Shown: positions 30,906-40,131, counted from the stretch's first letter. The stretch: 64,000 bases of DNA from a bacterium (GCA_021817905.1 JAKAFM010000002.1:3807-67806); one strand, 5' to 3'. Numbers and translations: made by a program. The notes: generated by a model from the sequence alone, not told the origin.

Positions 30906-31306
30906 AAGCAAGTTTTAATTTTTTGAGAAATCGTTACCATTTGATCAGGCGGGATGGCAATAACATCTTTGGTATTAATACCATCATCAAAGCGGGGACG
31001 ATCTTCCGAAAAACGAGGGATGATACGAATATGCGCATGTGGTACTTCAAAACCAAGGGTTAAAAAAGAGACCGACATAGCAGACAAACCAGCCTGACTG
31101 GCAATGGCAATTTTTTTGGCAACTTCCCAATATTGTCCAAATTCCGGAACATCAATTACCCACCGGTAGTGTTTTTTAGGGATAAGGAGACTATTACCAG
31201 GGTTTAAAGGATTGATATCAAGAAACCCTAAAAATTTGTCGTCTTCGTATATTTTATAGCAAGGAGTTTCTCCGTTTTGAATTTTACAGAAAATACAGTC
31301 GTCCAT
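30902..31306 (-). CDS. HIT family nucleotide hydrolase
   Basis: 'DCIFCKI', 'FLDINP', triad variant 'PHAHIRII'. Confidence 0.9.
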   Translation of the reverse strand: MDDCIFCKIQNGETPCYKIYEDDKFLGFLDINPLNPGNSLLIPKKHYRWVIDVPEFGQYWEVAKKIAIASQAGLSAMSVSFLTLGFEVPHAHIRIIPRFSEDRPRFDDGINTKDVIAIPPDQMVTISQKIKTCL

Positions 31307-31360
31307 ATTTAAGTATAACGCTGGTTGATTAATCAGGGTATGTGAAATGACTAATTTAGA

Positions 31361-34030
31361 TTAACCAAACTCGGGGTAATGACACTTTTTGTACTTTTTA
31401 CCGGAACCGCAAGGACAAGGATCATTTCGTTTGGGAACGGATATTGAAGGTACTACGGGCTTAATCGTAGCAGCTTCTTCTTTGGCTAATGCATTTTCTT
31501 CTGGTTGGTCATTGGTGATCATGGCTCCCCTACCTTCGGCAATGTTTTTGGGAACATCTGAGGGTAATGAAGTTTCGATTTGAATACGGAATAATTTTCT
31601 AACGAGATTATATTCATAGGTGCCTACGAGCTTTTGAAACATTTCAAAACCTTCTTTACGATACTCAACTAGAGGGTCTTTTTGAGCATAACCACGAAGC
31701 CGGACACCTTCACGAAGGTTATCGAGTCCTGTTAAGTGCTCAACCCATAGTGGGTCCAAGGTGCTGACAATAATAAATCGAATAATGTCTTGACTTATAG
31801 CCTGACCAAAAAACTCAGTTCGTTCACTCCAGGCAGCTTGACACATTTCAAATAATTTCTGACTAATATCGGTGGTAGGATCCTCAAGTGTTTTTTTTAC
31901 TGCTGCGCGACTTTGTGGATCTAGTGGTAATATCTCTAAGTACTCGAGCAGTATTTTTTCAATATCTGGTTGAGACTGTTCATTAATACTAGTATTAACA
32001 ATTACATCGATTTGACGTTTGAGAATGGTATAAATATCTTCGAGGTTTTTTAAGGGATTATTTTTGGCATTATTAATGGCATCTTCACGAAGCCGATAAA
32101 TAATTTGACGCTGCTTATTAATAACATCATCGTATTCAACTAGATTTTTGCGAATATCAAAATTATAACCTTCAACTTTTACTTGGATTTGTTCAATTGA
32201 TTTTGAGACTAGTGGGTGTGTTAACGGAGCGTCTTCGGGCATATTAAAGCGGGTCATTAATCCAGCAATCTTATCACCACCAAAAATGCGCATTAAATCA
32301 TCATCGAGAGAGACATAAAATTGCGAAAAACCAGTATCGCCCTGTCGACCACTACGCCCACGAAGCTGATTGTCGATACGGCGAGACTCATGCCTTTCAG
32401 TACCAATGACATATAACCCACCAAGCTCAACAACCTCATCGTGTAATTTTTGCCAATTAGATTTGTTTGTTTGATCTTTTTGACCACCTAAAATAATATC
32501 AACTCCTCGACCGGCCATATTGGTAGCGACGGTAACGGCACCAATTTTACCGGCATTAGCAATAATGGTGGCTTCGGTTTGATGATTTTTAGCGTTAAGC
32601 ATTTGATGGGGAATGCCTTTTTTAGAAAGTAACGTAGAAATGATTTGGTTTTTTTCTATTGAAGTTGTACCAATAAGTACAGGTTGGCCTTTTTCATGTA
32701 GTTCAGCAACTTTGGCGGCCACAGCTACATATTTAGCTCTCTGAGTTTTGTATATTAAATCCTGATCATCGATTCTTTTAATTTTTTTGTTAGTGGGGAT
32801 GGTAACGACTTCAAGGTGGTAAATTTGGTGAAATTCTTCTGATTCAGTCATGGCTGTACCTGTCATACCAGCAAGTTTTTGATAAAGTCGGAAGTAATTT
32901 TGAAACGTAATGGTTGCCCAAGTTTGAGATTCACGTTGAACAGTGACACCCTCTTTGGCTTCAACGGCCTGGTGAAGACCGTCTGACCAGCGACGGCCGA
33001 ACATGAGACGTCCAGTGAATTCATCAACAATGACGACTTCACCGTCTTTGACAACGTAATCTTTATCTTTATGAAAAATAGCATTGGCCTTGATAGCATT
33101 TTCGATATAGTGAATGGTTTCAAAAGACTCTTCGTAAAGATTTTTGACATTAAGAACACGTTCGATCTTGCGAATGCCATATTCAGAAAGAGTTGCAGAT
33201 CGAGATTTTTCGTCAATTATATAATCTGTAGGCTGAAGCTCGCTGGCGATTTGTGAAAATTTATAATATTTATCGGTTGGTTGGTTATTAGGAGAGGAGA
33301 TAATTAATGGAGTTCTAGCTTCGTCAATTAAAACAAAATCAACTTCATCGACGATGGCGTAATAATGGGGACGCTGAACAACTTCATCAAAGGTTTGAGC
33401 CATGTGGTCACGAAGATAATCAAAACCAAATTCGTTATTAGTTCCGTAAGTTACATCCGCAAGATAGGCGTCTTTACGGGTAATGGTGCGTAAATGGGCT
33501 AATCGATCATCTATAGTTTGGGTAGGATCGGAAAAAGTAGGATCATACATAAATGATTGTTCGTGAATTATGGCAGAAGTAGAAATGCCAAGCAGATGAA
33601 GTGCCCGAGGATACCAGCCAGCTCCAACTTTAGTAAGGTAATCATTAGGAGTGATAATATGAACACCTTTTCCTGTTAGGGCGTTTAGATAGGCTGAAAA
33701 AATGACTGAATGGGTTTTTCCTTCGCCAGTCTTTTGTTCAGCAATGGCACCTTGGTGAAGAATAATGGCGGCAATAAGCTGGACATCATAGGCTCTCTCG
33801 CCAACAGTTCTAAAGATGGCTTCACGAACTACTGCATAGCTTTCTGGTAATAGGTCATCTAGGCTTTCACCATCAGTAAGACGTTTTTTGAATTCAAGTG
33901 TTTTCTGTCCGAGCTGTTTATCGGATAACTTTTTAATTTTTGGCTCTAGAGCATTAATTTTATCTACAATCGGTTTGACTCGATTTATACGACGTTGATT
34001 AAAGTCTAATAGTGAGGAGAAAAGTGACAT
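31361..34030 (-). CDS. secA: preprotein translocase ATPase SecA
   Basis: 'KTGEGKT', 'DEVD..LIDEARTPLIIS', 'ATNMAGRG', 'QLRGRSGRQGD', C-terminal SEC-C 'RNDPCPCGSGKKYKKCH'. Confidence 0.98.
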   Translation of the reverse strand: MSLFSSLLDFNQRRINRVKPIVDKINALEPKIKKLSDKQLGQKTLEFKKRLTDGESLDDLLPESYAVVREAIFRTVGERAYDVQLIAAIILHQGAIAEQKTGEGKTHSVIFSAYLNALTGKGVHIITPNDYLTKVGAGWYPRALHLLGISTSAIIHEQSFMYDPTFSDPTQTIDDRLAHLRTITRKDAYLADVTYGTNNEFGFDYLRDHMAQTFDEVVQRPHYYAIVDEVDFVLIDEARTPLIISSPNNQPTDKYYKFSQIASELQPTDYIIDEKSRSATLSEYGIRKIERVLNVKNLYEESFETIHYIENAIKANAIFHKDKDYVVKDGEVVIVDEFTGRLMFGRRWSDGLHQAVEAKEGVTVQRESQTWATITFQNYFRLYQKLAGMTGTAMTESEEFHQIYHLEVVTIPTNKKIKRIDDQDLIYKTQRAKYVAVAAKVAELHEKGQPVLIGTTSIEKNQIISTLLSKKGIPHQMLNAKNHQTEATIIANAGKIGAVTVATNMAGRGVDIILGGQKDQTNKSNWQKLHDEVVELGGLYVIGTERHESRRIDNQLRGRSGRQGDTGFSQFYVSLDDDLMRIFGGDKIAGLMTRFNMPEDAPLTHPLVSKSIEQIQVKVEGYNFDIRKNLVEYDDVINKQRQIIYRLREDAINNAKNNPLKNLEDIYTILKRQIDVIVNTSINEQSQPDIEKILLEYLEILPLDPQSRAAVKKTLEDPTTDISQKLFEMCQAAWSERTEFFGQAISQDIIRFIIVSTLDPLWVEHLTGLDNLREGVRLRGYAQKDPLVEYRKEGFEMFQKLVGTYEYNLVRKLFRIQIETSLPSDVPKNIAEGRGAMITNDQPEENALAKEEAATIKPVVPSISVPKRNDPCPCGSGKKYKKCHYPEFG

Positions 34031-34055
34031 GGGAATATTATAGCTTAGATATGTT

Positions 34056-34110
34056 AAAACACCTACCCCGCCAGTATATCAATAAATTGATAGTGGCGGG
34101 GCATGGGGTG
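34056..34110 (-). terminator. GC-rich hairpin, probable intrinsic terminator of the serS operon
   Basis: CCCCGCCA (34066-34073) / TGGCGGGG (34094-34101) with inner TATCAAT/ATTGATA; TTTT follows on the minus strand. Confidence 0.55.
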
Positions 34111-34123
34111 GCTCCTCTACGAG

Positions 34124-34792
34124 TTATTTTTTAAAGATTTTTTTTAAAATGAAAAAAACTAAACAGATAATGGTTAATGGAGGGACAATGATGATGGCGA
34201 CCCATAGTGTAAGATTGAGACTGAATTTTAGTAATTTTATGAGGTTGTCGAAAGTGTTACCGGCAACAACAAAGAATCGACTATCTTCAGGGACAGTAAG
34301 AACTACGGTGATAGTAGCATAGTAGGTTTGGTTTTTGGTTTTTAATGAGGGTGTCGGCACACGATTTTCTATGTTTTCGCTTAACACTTTTAGGCTGTCT
34401 TGTTTAATCGTTTGGCTAACTAGCTCGTATTTATCCTGAGGAATAGTAATCGTAATATTACTGTGAGGATTGGCGGTATTGTCTGACGATGAGGAAACGA
34501 CGTAGCCTTTAACACTTTTACTAATCGTATCAATCTGACTTAAGGCGCTATTAATGTTGGCAACCTGGAGTGTTAGTACACTTTTTGTTTCAATCGTTTT
34601 TAAATTAGCATTATCTGGGAGAGCATAATCAAGCGAGGTCTTGTCCAATGGTAGGCTAACTGGCTGCCATTGTTCATTAAGCGGTGGAATCCCTAATTGT
34701 TGTAAGTGTTTTTGATTAAAAATGCTGCCAATAAAAATGCCAAGAGAAGCCATAATGGTTATTATCACGGCATATTTGATAATAATTCTCAT
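34124..34792 (-). CDS. DUF4349-like membrane-anchored protein
   Basis: N- and C-terminal TMs, 'LTLQV.NI..A..I......GYVVSS', 'ITIP', 'YATITVVL'; ATGA overlap with serS. Confidence 0.65.
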   Translation of the reverse strand: MRIIIKYAVIITIMASLGIFIGSIFNQKHLQQLGIPPLNEQWQPVSLPLDKTSLDYALPDNANLKTIETKSVLTLQVANINSALSQIDTISKSVKGYVVSSSSDNTANPHSNITITIPQDKYELVSQTIKQDSLKVLSENIENRVPTPSLKTKNQTYYATITVVLTVPEDSRFFVVAGNTFDNLIKLLKFSLNLTLWVAIIIVPPLTIICLVFFILKKIFKK

Positions 34793-36051
34793 TTTGGCGA
34801 TATTGTTTCGAAACCAGTAAACGGCCATAAAACTTTGGGCAGTTTGATGGAACCGTCTTTCTGTTGATTATTTTCAAGGAGGGCCAGTAGCGGTCTATCG
34901 GACATAACGGTAGCATTGAGAATGTGGACATATTCGGGCTTACCGTTTATTTTTACGCGGGTATTAAGACGTCTGGCTTGATAATCAGTACAATTACTAC
35001 ACGAGTTAGTTTCGCGATATTGATTTTGTCCGGGAAACCAAGTATTAATGTCGTACATACGACGATTTGGTTGAGGTAGGTCACCAGTACAGTTTTTTAC
35101 TACCTGATATGGTAACTCCAGTTCCTGTAATATTTCTTCTTCAATGGCTAACATTTCTAGACACATGGCATCCGACACTTTGGTATCGGGAAGAGTAAAA
35201 ATATTCATCTCAACCTTGTTAAAGTTGTGCACACGAAGCATACCTTTCATATCTTTGCCATACGTTCCGGCCTCACGACGAAAGCAGGGAGAGTAATTAA
35301 CGTATTTTATTGGTAATTTTTCTAGTTCTAAAATTTCATTAGTATGATATGGAACCACTGAATGTTCGGAGCTAGATATAAAAACTAGATCATCTTCAGG
35401 AACTGAATAATAAGCGCCAAATAGATTCTTATTACTTGAATAACCACAACCCCATTCAGTAGCCGACTTAATCATTGGTGGCGGAACCATACCTTTAAAG
35501 CCTTTAGATATAAGCTTTTTAAAGGCATAAAACATAAGTGCCATCTCTAGAACAGCAGCTTCGTTTTTGTAGTAACCAAAACGTGAACCCGAAAGTTGGG
35601 CGGCTTTTTCTATGTCGATAATATCGAGTTTTTTACCAAGATCAGTGTGGTCAAGCGGTTGCCAAGTGAATTTTGGCGGTTCGCCAACTGTTTTTATAAC
35701 GACATTATCCTGATCATCCTTCCCAACAGGAACATCTTCTGCTGGAATATTAGGTATTTCTTCTAAGACTGCCAATAATTCATTGTCGGTAAATTTTAAT
35801 TGTTCCTCAAGCAGTTTAAGTTCAGATTTAATTTTAGTCCCGGTACTTATCTGATCGCTAGTTGGTTTACCGGCAATGGTTTTGGAAAGTTTATTTTGGG
35901 AAGCACGAAGATCTTCGACTTTAGTTAGTAAAGTTTTGCGACCGGAATCAATGTCGAGTACTTTAGTAACCAAGTTGCTATCTTTTTGACGGTTGACTAG
36001 ACTTTTTCTGACATCGTCGGCATGGTCTCGAAGAAAATTCATATCTAGCAT
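34789..36051 (-). CDS. serS: serine--tRNA ligase
   Basis: N-terminal coiled arm, 'IPNIPAEDVPVG', motif 2 'CFRREAGTYGKD', 'SCSNCTDYQARR'. Confidence 0.97.
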   Translation of the reverse strand: MLDMNFLRDHADDVRKSLVNRQKDSNLVTKVLDIDSGRKTLLTKVEDLRASQNKLSKTIAGKPTSDQISTGTKIKSELKLLEEQLKFTDNELLAVLEEIPNIPAEDVPVGKDDQDNVVIKTVGEPPKFTWQPLDHTDLGKKLDIIDIEKAAQLSGSRFGYYKNEAAVLEMALMFYAFKKLISKGFKGMVPPPMIKSATEWGCGYSSNKNLFGAYYSVPEDDLVFISSSEHSVVPYHTNEILELEKLPIKYVNYSPCFRREAGTYGKDMKGMLRVHNFNKVEMNIFTLPDTKVSDAMCLEMLAIEEEILQELELPYQVVKNCTGDLPQPNRRMYDINTWFPGQNQYRETNSCSNCTDYQARRLNTRVKINGKPEYVHILNATVMSDRPLLALLENNQQKDGSIKLPKVLWPFTGFETISPK

Positions 36052-36157
36052 TTGATTGTATTTTAACAAATAGAAAACTTTTTATTACCGCAGTTTAGTA
36101 GCAAATATCTGAGTACATTTTATATTCATTACACAATTACTACATAGTCAAGTGTAA

Positions 36158-36751
36158 CTATAAACCTATACTATCGGCAATTGATTGCATAGAAGTAAGA
36201 CAAATCTCAATGAATTTATCTAATTTAATATTTAGGCCTTCTTCACTTTCACATTTTATGACTTCATCGCGTCTGGTGCCGGCGGCAAATCTGGGTTCCT
36301 TTAGAAAACGTTTGAGAACTGAAGAGACTTTAACCTCTGCTAGCTTTTTACTGGGATAAACAAAGGCAACGGCAGTTATTAATCCAGTCAAACTATCGGC
36401 ACAAAAGATAGACCACTGGGCCAAATTTTGACATTTGATGCCATCGCGGCCATCATGAGCCAAAACAATTTCTTGAACAACGGGAGAGATTGTTAAACCA
36501 TATTTAGCTAAAGCCTCTTTTGCTTTTTGAGGATGAAAAGGTTTGAATTCTCCCGAATAATCGATATCGTGAATTAAACCGGCCAGTGTCCAGTCGACTT
36601 TTGGTGGTTCGCTATTACTAATTCTTTTTTGAGATTCCAGATAATCATAGAGTCCACCCATGCAGGCTTCAAGAGCAAGCGAGTGAAAGAAAATATTTGG
36701 TTCAAGTTGAGCTTTAACGGCTTGCAAATATTTTTGACGGTCGTAGGACAT
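36158..36751 (-). CDS. HD/HDIG-domain phosphohydrolase
   Basis: 'HSLALEACM', 'AGLIHDIDY', 'DSLTGLI', 'VLKRF....FAAG'. Confidence 0.85.
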   Translation of the reverse strand: MSYDRQKYLQAVKAQLEPNIFFHSLALEACMGGLYDYLESQKRISNSEPPKVDWTLAGLIHDIDYSGEFKPFHPQKAKEALAKYGLTISPVVQEIVLAHDGRDGIKCQNLAQWSIFCADSLTGLITAVAFVYPSKKLAEVKVSSVLKRFLKEPRFAAGTRRDEVIKCESEEGLNIKLDKFIEICLTSMQSIADSIGL

Positions 36752-36774
36752 AAAGAATGTTTTAAATAACGCTA

Positions 36775-38664
36775 CTATTTTCTGAGGTATTTATTAACCG
36801 GCTGACCGAGGTATTTTTCCAAATCCTCAGGGAGGATATAAATGCCAGAATGATCACTACCAAGCCCAAGCTCACGTCTTGAACAAAGCATACCCTCGGA
36901 CTCTATGCCACGTAGTTTTACTTTAGCTATTTCTTGCGACTGGCCTTCTTCATCAAAGACAAGGGCACCAATGATTGAGACGGGAACAATATCCCCTGCT
37001 TTAATATTGGGAGCGCCACAGACGATATTTAATAAATTTTGGGTTCCAATATTGATTTGGCAGACGTTAAGCTTATCGGCATTAGGATGTTTGGTTAGTG
37101 ATTCAATTTTTCCGATTACAATTTTATTGTTTCGGAGACCAATGACCTGTTTATTTTTCTCTTCAGGTAGATTATAGATCTTGCGTGTTTCTTCAGTGAT
37201 AATTTGTTTCATCTGGGGAAAGAAAGTACCTTCTCGAGCGGTGATATCTTCGAGGAACCAAAAAACACGTTCACTGTGACCCCAGCCGGAAACTGGTGGC
37301 ATGCCGTATTCCAACATTTCAACGAAATCTATATCAAGCATTTGTGATTCTTCATCGCCTGATTCACGATTTTTTTGTTGATCAAGAAAACGATTTAGCT
37401 GATCGACCGGATCGTTTAATTCGGAATAGCCGTTGCCTAACTCGGAGCCAGCAATAATAGCGTGAAAACGTTCAGTTAACTCAATATTATCTGGTCTTGA
37501 TTTAGCAAGCGGTGAGCTAAATTTTGGCTCATCGATGATAAAAATTGGACCACTAATTTCGCGCCTAACTATTTTCCATAAATTGTCGACGATTCGAGAT
37601 CGATTAGTTAATCCATCAGTGTCGATCTTTTGGGCTTTTATAAGTTCAAGCATTTTTTCCTGAGAATCATTAAAAATATCAACTGAAAATCGCTTTTTAA
37701 TGAGATCACCAAAACTTAATCGAGGCCATTTTCCTGCTAGATCAAAGGTGTGACTACCTTTAGTAAATTTAGTCTTTCCGTATAGCTTTGTGGCCAAATA
37801 TTGGAACATTGTTTGAACCAGATCCATGTTCATGGTGTAATCGGCATATGCCCAATACCATTCACATTGATAATATTCTTGTAAGTGCTCATCATCGATG
37901 CCTTCATTACGGAAATTAGGGCCAAGTGTGTAGATTTTTTCAAAACCACCACCAATAAGTCGCTTTTGAAAAAGCTCAGTGGAAATTCGCATGTAAAAAT
38001 CTTGATCGAGGGCATTATGATGAGTAATAAAAGGCTTGGCATCGGCACCCCCAGTAGCCAGTTCCAAAACCGGTGTTTCAACTTCCATAAAGCCTTGTTC
38101 TTGAAGAAATTGCCTGGTTAATTGCCAAAATTTAGCTTTACGGATAAATAGTTCTTTACGATCTTGGTTCATTATTAAATCAAGATAACGTTTACGAAAA
38201 ATAATTTCAGGATCTTTAACACCCTGCCACTTATCCGGTAGAGGTCTGATGGCCTTAGCTAAAAGCTTAATGGTTCCGGGCATAACCGATATTTCACCTG
38301 ATGATGTTTTTTTTACAACCCCTGTCACTTCTATAAAGTCACCAATGTCCAGCAATTTTAATTCTGAATAACCAAGGAATTGCTTCTCGACATTAAGAGG
38401 AGTTAGATCGAGTTTACGAATGAAGATTTGTAATTTTCCAGATTGATCGGAAATGTGAGCAAAGGTAATTGCCCCCTGGGGACGCCACAAAACAATGCGT
38501 CCAGCAACGGTAATTGTTTTACTGTCAAGTTTGGAGAAATCTTTGATTACATCAATATTGCTATATTCTTTTTTTGAGGTTGAAGGGAATGGGTTAATGC
38601 CAAGTGCTCTGAGCTTGGTTATTTTATTAAGCCTTGTCTCCCTTAACTCTTGCAATGTTGACAT
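36775..38664 (-). CDS. lysS: lysine--tRNA ligase (class II) with C-terminal tRNA-binding OB domain
   Basis: 'EVETPVL', 'GGADAKPF.THHN', 'FRNEGID', 'YGMPP'; extra ~110-aa domain 'HPNADKL..C...IVCGAPN...LRGIESEGMLCS..ELG'. Confidence 0.96.
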   Translation of the reverse strand: MSTLQELRETRLNKITKLRALGINPFPSTSKKEYSNIDVIKDFSKLDSKTITVAGRIVLWRPQGAITFAHISDQSGKLQIFIRKLDLTPLNVEKQFLGYSELKLLDIGDFIEVTGVVKKTSSGEISVMPGTIKLLAKAIRPLPDKWQGVKDPEIIFRKRYLDLIMNQDRKELFIRKAKFWQLTRQFLQEQGFMEVETPVLELATGGADAKPFITHHNALDQDFYMRISTELFQKRLIGGGFEKIYTLGPNFRNEGIDDEHLQEYYQCEWYWAYADYTMNMDLVQTMFQYLATKLYGKTKFTKGSHTFDLAGKWPRLSFGDLIKKRFSVDIFNDSQEKMLELIKAQKIDTDGLTNRSRIVDNLWKIVRREISGPIFIIDEPKFSSPLAKSRPDNIELTERFHAIIAGSELGNGYSELNDPVDQLNRFLDQQKNRESGDEESQMLDIDFVEMLEYGMPPVSGWGHSERVFWFLEDITAREGTFFPQMKQIITEETRKIYNLPEEKNKQVIGLRNNKIVIGKIESLTKHPNADKLNVCQINIGTQNLLNIVCGAPNIKAGDIVPVSIIGALVFDEEGQSQEIAKVKLRGIESEGMLCSRRELGLGSDHSGIYILPEDLEKYLGQPVNKYLRK

Positions 38665-38685
38665 AGTGGATTTTAGCACTCAACC

Positions 38686-39147
38686 TTAGGCAATAGCCAC
38701 TATTTTGTAGATCAGTTTGCCAACAGGGGCCGTGAATTCAATTTCATCGTGTAATTTTTTGCCAACTAATGCCATACCTAATGGTGATTGATCAGAGATT
38801 TTAGAAGAAGATGGATCAGCTTCAAATTCAGAAACGATATGAAACTCTTTTTCGTGCGAGCCACTAATCTTGATTTTTACTTTAGAGCCAACTTGTACTT
38901 TATCTTTTGATTGTTTACCGTTTATAACTTGAGCGTTAACCAATGATTCCTCTAGATAATCAATTTTGTCGTTGATGACTTCCAACTCTTCCTTAAGCTG
39001 AACCGCTAGACCATCTTCGCCGGCTTCATCGGGTTGTGCAACTTCTTCAATACGTTCAATTAATTGGTTTCGCTTTAATTTCAGGTCGTCTAATTCCTGC
39101 TGAAGTCGAGTTTGACCTTCAACCGTAAGCATTGTTTTGTTTGCCAT
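38686..39147 (-). CDS. greA: GreA/GreB family transcription factor with divergent acidic tip
   Basis: 'LTVEG..RL..EL..L', C-terminal 'VQVGSKV', 'IVSEFEADP...ISDQSPLGMALVGK'. Tip reads QPDEAGEDG instead of GDLSEN, so orthology to canonical greA is uncertain. Confidence 0.85.
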   Translation of the reverse strand: MANKTMLTVEGQTRLQQELDDLKLKRNQLIERIEEVAQPDEAGEDGLAVQLKEELEVINDKIDYLEESLVNAQVINGKQSKDKVQVGSKVKIKISGSHEKEFHIVSEFEADPSSSKISDQSPLGMALVGKKLHDEIEFTAPVGKLIYKIVAIA

Positions 39148-39166
39148 TTTTTTGATTGTAATCAAT

Positions 39167-39199
39167 AAAAAAAGCCTCTCAGGTTAAAACTTGAGAGAC
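39167..39199 (-). terminator. intrinsic terminator in the greA leader
   Basis: mRNA GUCUCUCA-(10 nt)-UGAGAGGC followed by UUUUUUU, ending 19 nt before the greA ATG. Confidence 0.8.
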
Positions 39200-39226
39200 A
39201 TTTAATAACTTTATTAAACATCCCTC

Positions 39227-39334
39227 TCAAGTTAAGGAGAGGCAGCCGTAGACAATTTTTTTGGGATTAAAGGCAGCTAGAGCGGCCCCAAATAGGTTTG
39301 GGTTGATGTGTTTTATTTGCGTATCCAGCTGCAT
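39227..39334 (-). CDS. putative 35-aa leader peptide MQLDTQIKHINPNLFGAALAAFNPKKIVYGCLSLT
   Basis: ATG 39334 to TGA 39227 (108 nt), starting just downstream of a promoter; the stop codon lies inside the antiterminator 5' arm. Confidence 0.55.
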   Translation of the reverse strand: MQLDTQIKHINPNLFGAALAAFNPKKIVYGCLSLT

Positions 39335-39348
39335 AATTACCACAGTGT

Positions 39349-39377
39349 ATATTAGGGCAGATAGTTGAATTTGTCAA
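39349..39377 (-). promoter_or_regulatory. sigma70 promoter of the greA leader
   Basis: TTGACA (39377-39372), 17 nt spacer, TAATAT (39354-39349). Confidence 0.65.
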
Positions 39378-39400
39378 CCTAAGTGCCGTAGAATAACTCT

Positions 39401-40126
39401 ATGTTATTTGATATTTGGCGAATAACGCCAAAAAAAAGATCGGTCCGATTACGGCATAAAAAGGGGGTCTTGTTCTCTAATCCGAGTTTTTTAAACAAAG
39501 TGTTTTTTTATATGGGAAGTTGGTTAGTGCTGATGTCATTGGTCTCGTTTGTTTATTTATATTATCCTGTTGGTAACGCTTATGTACATTATGTCTTGAC
39601 CATGAAATTGCAACCAAGCCAACAACAACAAGCTCATTTGGCGGCCGCCGATAAACACATTGCTCAAGAGGAGGTGGGTAAAAATTATTATGTGATTAAA
39701 ATTCCTAAACTTTATGCTTACGCTCAAATTCAGGAAAATGTGTCGCCGTTTGACTCAATTGAATATAACAAAGTTCTTGCAAGTGACAAAATTGCCATGT
39801 CGAATACCAGTACCTTTCCTGGTTCAGGTAGAGGAAGTATGACCTATTTATTTGCCCACTCAAGTGAAGAATCAATTGGACTAAGTCGTAAAAATCCTAT
39901 TTTCTATCTTCTAGGTGAATTGGCGACTGGTGATAGTATTTGGGTTGAACGTAACGGTATAAAGTATTTTTATAAGGTTTATAATAAAAAAATTATTAGT
40001 GCGGAGGACACTAAGTATTTATATTATAGCGATCCAACCAATGAGGATCTTATTTTGCAGACTTGCTGGCCAGTGGGAACTGACTGGAATCGGTTATTGG
40101 TGTTCGCACATTTGATGGCGTATTAA
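39401..40126 (+). CDS. sortase
   Basis: TM anchor, 'IKIPKL', His in 'FAHSS', 'LILQTCWP' (TLxTC-like), Arg in 'WNRLLV'. Confidence 0.9.
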   Translation: MLFDIWRITPKKRSVRLRHKKGVLFSNPSFLNKVFFYMGSWLVLMSLVSFVYLYYPVGNAYVHYVLTMKLQPSQQQQAHLAAADKHIAQEEVGKNYYVIKIPKLYAYAQIQENVSPFDSIEYNKVLASDKIAMSNTSTFPGSGRGSMTYLFAHSSEESIGLSRKNPIFYLLGELATGDSIWVERNGIKYFYKVYNKKIISAEDTKYLYYSDPTNEDLILQTCWPVGTDWNRLLVFAHLMAY

Positions 40127-40131
40127 CAACT

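Noticed and set aside
36085-36129. 14-codon ORF (MNIKCTQIFATKLR) upstream of serS as a leader peptide or T-box
   Set aside because: No Ser codons, no terminator/antiterminator pair, no T-box motif; serS has its own TAAAAT box next to the start.
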